Assembly: GCA_028023455.1 (NCBI GenBank)
Contig: JAQFVV010000002.1
Location: 13,392,001 to 13,456,000, forward strand
Source of the DNA: Epiperipatus broadwayi
Lineage: Eukaryota > Animalia > Onychophora
DNA length: 64,000 bases
Reading direction: 5' to 3'
Made by a program: the position numbers and the translations under genes. Positions 54,020 to 64,000 of this stretch are shown piece after piece; position 1 is the first letter of the stretch; each line of letters opens with the position of its first letter. The notes beneath the pieces are model-generated. The model was not told where the DNA came from. It did no database searches and saw nothing but the letters and a program-made list of their open reading frames with translations.

Positions 54020-57010
54020 ACCAATGAGAAAAAAAAAAAAATCTAAAAATGAATTTTGCAATGACTATTAAAACCAATCAGTGGGCCACAAGTTATGTTC
54101 ACATTTAGAACATGTTGTCCATATTTGTTTATTTGATATTTTACAATACTGTCTTTTTAATTTTTTCAGCAGAAAACTTTCTGAAATACTCTCCAATGTA
54201 TTCTATTATCTACTATATTTTCTCAATGGAAACAATCAATATTGGATTTCTTTGAATGTCTTTGAGATAATCCTTATGTCATAGATGGGATCTACCTCTC
54301 ACATGAAACCCATTTTCAAGTTCACCTTAAAACATCCTTTTAGGAAGTCTTCCATTATTCATTTGTTTTATATGTCCAATCCAATGGAGGTATGATTTTA
54401 CAACAGTAGATTCAATAGTATCACATCCAGCAAGCGGATTAACATATTGATATATTGATAAATACTATTGTATTTTTAAAATTTTACTGATCATTCTTAA
54501 ATTTAAGCTTTTCTGATGATTATATTGGACCAATAGGATATCCAAGTCCCACTGCCATATAATAAATTGAATAAAATGACAGCTCTACATATAACTGAAC
54601 TTAATTGCTATAATTAATTATTAAACCAAAGTCTTTATATGTTGCATACAAAACCTTAAGTATATTCGATAGATCATTTTTTCAATTGAAAAAAATCATC
54701 AGCATACTACAAATCCAGAAACAAAAAGATAAAATTCTTGATTTTTAATCAATTCAAATTAAAGATTCTACTATCAAATTTGCATTGCATCTTGATCACT
54801 ATTTCATTAAACCATCGATAAATGGTTTTAAGACCACTGCTATAAAATTTAAAAACAATGTTGTAGCATGTACATATTCTTGTTTAACACCACTTTTCAT
54901 TTTAAATACCTCAGATTCTCTAGCTGTAGAAGCCATATAACACAAATAAATATTGGTGGACAATCAACCAATTTCAAACAATGCTAAAGACCTGTTCAAT
55001 TGAGTCAGACGTCTTGACCTGATCCATAAAAATGATATGCAAATCACTTTTTTGTTCCTAATACTTTGCTTGCATTTTCCGGGCAATAAAAACCATGGCT
55101 ATAGTGTTCCTGATTCTCTGAAAACATAAAACAGTCTCTGGTAATTACTCATCTGTGACTAGAAGCAACCTATTCAATAAAATCCTTGAAAGTACGTTGC
55201 TTGTAACAAATAATAATAATATTCTAAAATAATTACTGCAATCTTGTCTATTCCTTTTATTTTTAAAAATTGAAACAATGAAAGTATCATTAAGACCAAA
55301 TATCACAATTTCATGAGTCCATATATTCATAAAAATTTCCAATATTTTTGAAGCTAACATATCACCATCATATTTTAAAACTGCTCTAAGCAGTCTTTCC
55401 ATTTTTAAAATCACAAAGAGCTTTTTCAATTTCATTAATTATCAAAATCCACATATATAGATATATCATTAAAAATCATCATCTCAATTTTTGTATCATT
55501 ATTCAAAATACTCCTACCATCAATTCAAAATATCATTGTCATCATGTAAAAGTACCATTGCTGGATTTCATGTGGTTTGTCATACCATTTTCGAGACCAT
55601 ATGCTGCTTTCGGTGCATCAAAAATTATCTTAGAGTGACACTGAATAGTGAATGTCTGCATTTTTTTTGCAATTTTAATGCCCCAGTTATTTTTAAACCT
55701 TCTTGTCAGTCATTGAACTTCTGTCTTCAAATATCTGCCAATCAGAACATACTATTTCCTTTTAACTAAATCACTAATTATGTTTCCTTTTAATGAAATC
55801 ACTAATAATAAGATCATTATCAGAAAACTAGTTATGATGCTTCTTTTTAGTGAACTCAAAAAAAATTTACTTGTATCCACAATACAGTCAGTCCTTAATA
55901 GAACTTTATGCCTCAGTTATGCAATAATAAAATGAGAACAAATTAGCAATTTTAATGTTTAATAATAAAATTAGAGCAAACTAGTAACTTTAATGAATAG
56001 ATATTTCTAAAGAATGATTATCAATTTTCTTGTGAATAAGATTGGAATAAGATTTACTTTTTAATGCAATTATCATTTTAATCTTGGAGCACATTACTCT
56101 ATAATCCATTCAACAGTCTATCTTATAAATGCTTGTATAGTATGAATTTCTCTTGTATTTTGACTTTTAACTATAATGCAATCTATTAAATGCCATTGTT
56201 TTATGTGTGGTGCATCCATGTTCCTTTATAGTAATTTTAATGTTTTCTAGAGTCAATCTATGTGTTACACAAAAATTCATTAACAGCAGACTGTCATTTC
56301 CAATAAATTTTGGTCAAAGTCTATTATTTATATCAACACAAGCATCAAAGTGTGCAATAACAAAAAAATGATCTTTAAATGGTATTGTTATAATAATGCT
56401 AACCAGTAAAAAATAAAAACTATCTTTAAATTCTCTTAAGCTAATATTTAAGCATATGTAACAATAAAATAAGCACAAATATTATTGAGCAAGCCAAGTT
56501 TTAATACTATTTATTTTTCATTAATACATTGAGGAATTAAAATACAAGATAATAAATTAGACTTTCCAAATTAAATTCAATATTATGCATTCTCTTTTCA
56601 CTGACTGATTGCCCTTCCAAAAAAACTTGTAGCCATCCACTTGTTTTATTAAACTTATATCAATTTTAAATCTTAACAACTCCATAGCTACGAGTGTTCT
56701 CTTCCATTCTGGTCTTGAAGAGTTCGCATTTATATAAAATTTCACATTCCACTAAATTTAGAATAAAATGTTTACCTATAGTATTATCACTGCCTTCTGA
56801 CATCATAATTATGCCTATTGCTTTAATGAATAATTTGCAGGCATGACAACAGCTAGACTGTGGGAGATAGACCATTTTTAGACCATATTTTCTAAGTCCT
56901 TTCCACTCCCATGAAAAACAGAGGGATCCTTAAATAGAGCTGCCTAAACAGTAAATTCATGTCTCAGATCAATTTGCAGATCAACACATTAGAGATTGTC
57001 TGCCTTGAGC
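54020..57010 (-). mobile_element. Near-full-length decayed RTE-BovB-like LINE, sense to RAP
   Basis: SSRPEWKRTLVAMELLRFKIDI..GYKFFWKG (EN N-terminus); IVSIFKNKRNRQDCSNY..ILL...NVLSRILLNRL (RT); YLHWIGH..MNNGRLPKRMF.GEL and terminal C..C...IGL.SH..H. Confidence 0.88.
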
Positions 57011-59329
57011 AAAAATCATAACTAAGGTTTATCAGCCTACTAAGTCTGTTCACATCATTACTTTTTTAATACTCAAGGATTTGAGTTAAAAGAAAAAAAT
57101 GAAAAAAGGAATTAAAGTCATAAATGCTATATTTGTAATCAAATAAAGTTTAAATGCTGTTACACAAGATAAATCCCATTATTATAGAGAAATGACTGAA
57201 AACATGAAAGAGCCAAGTTAATAGGGCTCTAAATTAAAGAATATAGAAAAGATTGTTTGTATCAGAAACAATACCTAGTATTACATTATATTCTATAAGG
57301 CAATAAAAGATATTCTTGGTTAGGCAATGTTTAATTCTTATTCACAGTTATTCTTCATATATGATTATCATTCTATTATCGATAGTTTGAGCATAATATA
57401 TATAAAAAAAATACAAATCTAAAGACTGATAAAAAGTAATATTATTATACTAATTTTTAAAAATAAATATGTTTGCTACTCAAATTAATCTGAAACAATC
57501 CAACATATTATATCAACTTTAAACTTATCTTTTCCAACAACACATATAACAGACCTGTCATAGCACACCAGCTTTTAAGAATCCAATATATTTTATTCTA
57601 TGAATTTTAATGTTATATATCATACCTTCAAACATTCAGGATCCTCTTTTGGAAGTTATATTTCTTCTAAACTTGGAAAAATGCTAACATTGTTAAATAG
57701 AGGACAGGAAGCTACTATTCTGGCAATTAAGCTCTCAATAACTCATAATTAAAGAACTCACTTCTTCGGCAATATTAGAACAATTATTAAACTATACTTC
57801 AAAATAGTGATTTCAACTTCATTAAATCTTTTTTTTAAAATCTACTCCTCACCATCACTAAATATCCATAAAAACTGTATACAAGTCTGGCATGAATGTC
57901 AGACATACCAAATCAATTAAATAAATAAAAAATAATCTTCAATAATCACAATTCATCAAAATAATAACTTAAATAAAATATATTGATATATAATTATTCT
58001 CGATGGAAAGCATAATTAAATTATTGAAATGCAATATTATTAATTAAATACATTAATAATAATTCATTTATATATATGAACATACATAATTAATATGCTC
58101 TGTCACTTATATTGACTCCTATTCTTATTTTAATGAAGTTGTACATTTATATTTCTTTGATTAAACTGTTTCAATGAAGTTCATGCTTTTATTTTAATTC
58201 ATAAATATAAAATTTCTGATTCGAAATGGGTTACAAAGTTCAAGTTTTAAAATTCCACTTTCACCTTAAATGTTATGCATGGCCTCTTTCTTTCATACAT
58301 TTTCATTCTAAATAAGCATGCTTAAAGATTGAGAATTGTCATTCAAATTCCAATCAATTAATACTGCTAATTTACCATCACGTCTTAATTATAACATTTT
58401 CAATTATAATTGTAATTATAACAATTTTAAACACAGTTATTTAAATAAATATGATTATAATATAATAAAACTTTGCAACATTAATTAAAATAAAGTTATT
58501 AATATAACAGTGAATTATTTATCTCATTAAAAAGATCACTTCAGTAAAAGGAAAAATATTCAAAACTTATACTTTCTTTACTGTGGCCATTGGAATAAAG
58601 ATAATGAATGTTGTGCACATTTTCAGCACTTTTTTCATCTGGTCAAACTTTAACTTAACTCTAACTCAAAAGTGACTCTATCATTTTATACTCTGGATTT
58701 TACTTAGATAACAGCAAACAACTTTATAATAGTAATCAGATTTTCTCATTTATTTTCATGAAGTTACTTTAATCTGGATTTTGTGCGATAATATTGAAAT
58801 CAGAAATACTTTCCAATAATGATTTTGGCTCAGAATCTTTTTTTTTTTTTAATTCAGCATTCAATTTCTGGATTTAAACTTTTAAATTAAATTCTATAGC
58901 AAGCAAATCTCCAGTTATTGGTAAAAATCATATATATAGTGACAACTAACAGATGAGAAGCCACAAGAAACTCTATTAACAATGCATACTACTCATGGGC
59001 AAAAATTATAAGCAAACTTTGATCATTTTACACTTTAATTATTACTTTTGTAATGTCTCACTATCACCTAATTCACTCTGCCCTTTTATATTAACACACA
59101 CAATTTTTTGTTACCAATTCAACGAAAACATGTGAGCTAAAAATTATTTTTAACAAATTCTGTTTTTCATGACTACAATCATATTTGAAATACAAATATA
59201 ATTCATATACTTGGAGTTTAAAGAAATTATAGGGGATTTGAACACAGACTTTCAAGCTCCCTTCAGCTATCCACTCTATCTCATACAACTGATATATATG
59301 ACCACACATATATGAAAAAGATAAATGAT

Positions 59330-59375
59330 ACCCAATATACGTATTTCATGCCTGAACCAGCACTCATCAGTGAGT
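59330..59375 (-). ncRNA. Near-canonical type I hammerhead motif (one extra nucleotide at the cleavage junction)
   Basis: Minus strand ACTCA-CTGATGA-GTGC(TGGTTCAG)GCAT-GAAA-TACGTA-TA^[T]TGGGT; intact core, palindromic stem III ATACGTAT. Confidence 0.65.
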
Positions 59376-61749
59376 CCAGATCATCTACTACACATATATA
59401 ATCAATACTTGGTTTATATTAAGATAGCAAGTCTTCAAACTTTAATGGACAGGCTTCAATCTACTCCACCCTCCAATTCTTCATCCATCCATATCATTGA
59501 AAATCTAATAATGGAATGTCCAAATTCCTTGTTGATGCTACTATTGTCACTTTTTAAAATAAAAGAAGAAAAAGTTACGTTTTTACATTTTGTTAAAGAT
59601 TGCTGTTTTTTTTTAATTAAAGTTGAATTTTTCTTTTTACCTCTCTAAAAAAGATAATGTATTATACTGTTTTTTGGTAGATAAGAGAAAAGAAAAATAA
59701 TACAGATAAATTTCAGTAATTATGATTAGAATTTTTTTAATTAAAAGAAAAAAAGGGAAATAATCTTTTTGTAAAAATAGACTCAATTGGTCGGAGTTTA
59801 ATGTTGTCATGTCTAAAATAATATGATTGAATAGATACAAGATTGTTTCAAAAAAATAAAATAGGGGGCAGGTTAAAGCAATAGACTTTATAATTTAGTC
59901 TAGTCAACAAATCATTTTTCACTCAGTTTTTGGGAGAAGAATTGCTGAAGAAGTCAGTTGTGAAAAGAACAGGGAGAAGTTAAGTTTTAAATCTGAAATA
60001 AGATTAACTGCACTATTACCTTAAAAATATTTCTTAAAATGGATTTAGAAAAAAACCATGTGCTAAGCTTTAGCTAGAAGTCAATCATCACCAAACCTCA
60101 CCATGTAGAATGTTCATTAGAAGAAAATATAAAAAAATATCCCTGGGAGAAATCTGTAACAAGTTTTGTAGTCCATCCAAAAGTATGACTGTCACAGTCT
60201 GTGCTAGTCTGATCTTCAAATTATTATATTGAAAAATGGATAAAACTAACTGTGTTTATCTACCATGCATCATCACAATGGAAATTTGAAGCTACAAAAA
60301 AAAAAAAGTTAATGAAAAACTTCTAATTGTTTAAACTAAACATTTAGAAAAACCAGAAGAAAAAGCTGACCTGGAAAGAAACTTAAGATTATAAATTCAA
60401 AAATGCTCAAAAGAATGTTCACATCTACACTTCAAATAATTTTTAGTATAAGTAATAATGAATAATTTTATTTCAATTTTTTTGTTGAAACATTTTTATT
60501 TATTTATTTTAATTTCCCTCCAAAATTGTGAAAATGGATATGAGACTTTCCTATTTCCATAAAAAACAGGAATCATATTTTAATTAGTTTTAATTTTTTT
60601 TTATTTTTTCTATGAAATGTTTTTCAATTTTCATCATTGAAAAAGAAAATAATTCTATTTAAAGTAAAGTTTAATTAATTTAATTAATAAGAATCAAGAA
60701 GTTTTGCTATATAAAATTGTTTTTTGCTAAAAATATATTAGATTTAAACCTATTATATTATCATATTTTTTCTAAATTAATTTCATTGTTTTAAAAAAAT
60801 AATAGTGTTAATATCTTTACACATCCAACTGTTTTGTGAATAGGCAATATGTGACTCGATTTTATTATTGCATAGTATTTTTAAGGATTTGTAAATTATC
60901 CTAGTTAAGAATAAATTGAAGTAGATTAAGCATATACATTTATAATTTCTCTTGTCCACAGTCAAAGTTTCTAGAGTCCTTGTGATTTTGAAATAGTTCT
61001 AAAACAATAATGATTAGTGTTTGTATTTGGTGATATATATTTTTATATTTGGACATCTAGATGGTTCTCTGGATAGTACAAAAGGCAAAGTCATCTTCAA
61101 AGTTCATTCACTGCATTTTATTTTCATATAGATCAGAAATTAGTTTACAGTTAGCCTATACATTTATGGTACCATATGTCCAGAACATTGATGATGATTA
61201 GCATGTATTAGAATCCCAACATTTTTTTTATTATGATAGATACTTTTAACATTTAAGTTTGTGCATACAGATGACTTTTATAATATACCTTAAATTTAGA
61301 TTGACTGGACAATAATTAACCTGCTTTATAATGAATCTCTTTGAGATCCAATCATGGATAATGACTGTTGATTATTCTTGTTTAACACTAATGGTGTAAC
61401 TTATAATTAATATAACAATTAATTTATTCTATTTTATTCTGATGCGCTCATGCTTATTTTATATTTGTTCATTGATAATTGATATGATTGTGATATTTAT
61501 ATTTTTGTGAATATTGATGATGATGATGTTGTTTTCCCATCACTCCATGCCACTCCTTTTTATATACCACTATAATACACACACACTAATTAGAGGAAAA
61601 GGATAGATAAAAATAAGCATATTTATCATAAAAGCAATTGAAAATACATACGAATCTGATATTCTTTTTTTATTAACAAAAACTCAGAAAAATAATAAAA
61701 AATCTGCATAAAGTTGAAATTAGTTTCATAAGACAGTAATAAAAATATT

Positions 61750-62450
61750 GGATTTCTCCATGAATCATAGATGCCACATTAGATGGCGCTTACATACTAC
61801 TGAATCATTTACTATTCAAAATAAATAAGCTCAAACGTAATAACTCCATTCATTAAAGAGACTATTCAAATATGGGTAGTCGAGTACACAAAACCATAAA
61901 GAAAGAAATCACTCCATAGGTCAAAATATAACAGAACACTCCAATTTTAAAAAAACAATCTATGAAGAATTTCACATGCTTATTATGATCAAGATAGTAT
62001 TTCAAAGTCATTGTTTTTTTATGTAAATGCTATTATATGAAAGCTGTAGTACTCCAAATATTGTATTTCTAGACAACACTGTTATAATTCCAAAATGACA
62101 ATGTTTCAGTTTATATAGCCTAAGCAATCCAATCTTAGTTTGAAGAAAATGAGGATGATATAATATATCTCTCAGGACTTCCCCAATGACATGATTTAAA
62201 TATTACAGATTATTTGTGAGATCACTTCTGAGAAACAAGTAAAAGATCATAATTCTATCATATGTATATATCAAGCTATTAAAAAATGTTGATAGATATA
62301 TGTGATAATATCTTTAGATGACATTCTTTAAAATCTTAGATATGCATAAGATTAAGCTAACTGGATTTTATCCAAACTGGTCATTTTCACGTCACGGGTA
62401 TCATTGTTCAATGATTTAAAGACAAAGTGATACCCTTTTCTCTGCTTGTT
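61750..62450 (+). mobile_element. Decayed Tc1/mariner transposase
   Basis: FQNDNVSVYIA..IQS*FEENEDD....PQ*HDLNITDYL*DH..EKQV resembles FQQDNA..H....WFEE.....WPPQSPDLNIIE.LWD.LE; TIRs not resolved. Confidence 0.65.
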
Positions 62451-62469
62451 TATTGATCATTAAAAAATA

Positions 62470-62865
62470 GTCATGTATAAGACAAGTGTAAAATTTAAAT
62501 TGAGATGTTATAACTATTCCATTTAAATTGGACTAAATTTAAACTATCAAGGCAGAGTAAACAACTTTAATTACTCTATAAACATACCATGAATAATCCA
62601 CTACATATAAAAAACATCCATGCTTGGAGAACAATACCAGGTGTTGTGAAAATGACTAGTTTGAATAAAGTTGTGTGTATTATACTATCTTTGTGCACTT
62701 CTATAGCTAGGGTTTACATGGATGTTTTTTATAAATGATAAATTATATATAATTGTAATATATTTACAAGATATTTAAAATGAGTATTTGTTTGCTCTGT
62801 CTTGATACAATTTAAAAAAAGTTATTATAACATCTTGGTTAACTTAAATTTCACATTTGTATGAC
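62470..62865. repeat. Old fold-back element with diverged arms of about 160 bp
   Basis: Paired blocks gagatgttataac/ttataacatctt, tatcaaggcagagtaaaca/tgtttgctctgtcttgata, ataaaaaacatccatg/catggatgttttttat. Confidence 0.7.
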
Positions 62866-64000
62866 ATCGACTAAAATAATAAAAGAGCTAAATGAAACAA
62901 AATATTAAAAAAAATTATTATAATTAAATCATAATTAGAATTTACAAAAATTGTAAGTAGATAACAGTTTTTATAGATTATAAAAAATAAAAGCTTTTTA
63001 TAAAGCATGTTGTCTAGTGCAATGGTAGAATGGTAGTGGAGCATAAGGTTCATGGATCACTGATCGGTTCTATCATTTCTGATATTCAAACTTGTTATGA
63101 ACATTTGAGTAATAAAACATTTGATTATTTTTTATATAAAGTCACTTATCAAAGTTTGATATTTTATAAAAATATATATTTTCAGAATAGATTTACTGAT
63201 TGTAATAAATTAATATTCACATAGAGACAATATTTATGGACTTTAAATACTAAATCACACGTGATTTAAATTAAACACTAATTCAAATTGTAGATCATTA
63301 GCACAGAAGTAGACAAAGTGCTTTCTCTATATATACAAAGAGCTTTGTTATGCTACTGTGGAGCATGTCTCTATGATTATGATCTGGATTGAACCTATTC
63401 TAAGCAAATTTGAAATTTTTTCAGATTCTAATCAAGCTTAGAATTTTTTTTACAGAAAGTCAACTCAATTAATTGATCAGTAAATGTGTATCTAGAGAAT
63501 AGAACAGCATAAAATTCTAACAATCCAACCATTGGCTAGTTTAGTTAGTAATGCTTTCTCCTTCACTGATCCTCTATGGAGGTATTAGAAAGGCTTTGTT
63601 CCGAAATGAGCTATTTAAAAACAATTTTTTAGATATTTTATCTGTGTATGAATGTTTGTGTAATTCAAATTCATATTTAAGCATTAATATCTCAAATACT
63701 GAACTAATTTTTTAAAATCATTTTACAGAAAAATATTATGAATATGAATATTTGATAGAATAACAAAATTTTAATTTTTAAAAATTGTTATTTTGAAATT
63801 CATCTAAATTAAAATAAATGTATGATGTCAATATTATTGGCATTACTATATTGTTATTTTTTAAAAAAAATAAAAGCCTATGGTTCTTCAAAATGATGAA
63901 AGATCATTCAAAAATTAAAATATCTTTTAATCTATACACAATCTTTAAAAAAAGGATTAGCAATCCAAAGTCTTTCAAACATTGCATTTATTGTTATTTT

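Noticed and set aside
2941-59970. Other CTGANGA hits (about 2942, 9494, 13170, 14410, 22584, 36946, 45655, 59945) and GAAACCATAGTC at about 52991
   Set aside because: Each lacks either the downstream GAAA, a pairable stem II or stem I.
48235-64000. Search for upstream RAP exons (expected ..EF.HH..K..EY.. peptide ending in phase 1)
   Set aside because: No match found by eye on the minus strand; probably beyond the window, though a diverged exon could have been missed.

Overview
AT-rich, intron-rich animal (invertebrate-type) genomic DNA, CpG-depleted except at about 4.9-7.5 kb. No prokaryotic genes or CRISPR arrays. Host genes: (i) the last three coding exons of an LRPAP1/RAP (alpha-2-macroglobulin receptor-associated protein) orthologue on the minus strand (48234-47990, 42052-41888, 33549-33490), ending in the ER-retention signal HSEL; no earlier exon was found in the window; (ii) a probable terminal exon of an unidentified plus-strand gene (2264-2335). 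The rest is mostly transposon-derived: a young Penelope-like element (RT + GIY-YIG) as a head-to-head inverted pair (23603-27692), two near-full-length decayed RTE-clade LINEs plus fragments, two hAT elements, a Tc1/mariner relic and several fold-back elements. The main observation is nine type I hammerhead-ribozyme motifs. Three have an intact catalytic core (36482-36524 -, 37108-37150 +, 21387-21428 -) and six are variant or decayed. Most sit in short non-coding elements with inverted arms, and two otherwise unrelated families share the terminal motif TAAGAG..GGTCATGTGA 135-160 nt downstream of the predicted cleavage site. This looks like a retrozyme / non-autonomous Penelope-type system, with copies in the sense orientation inside RAP introns. 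All calls are by eye; no database search or folding program was run.
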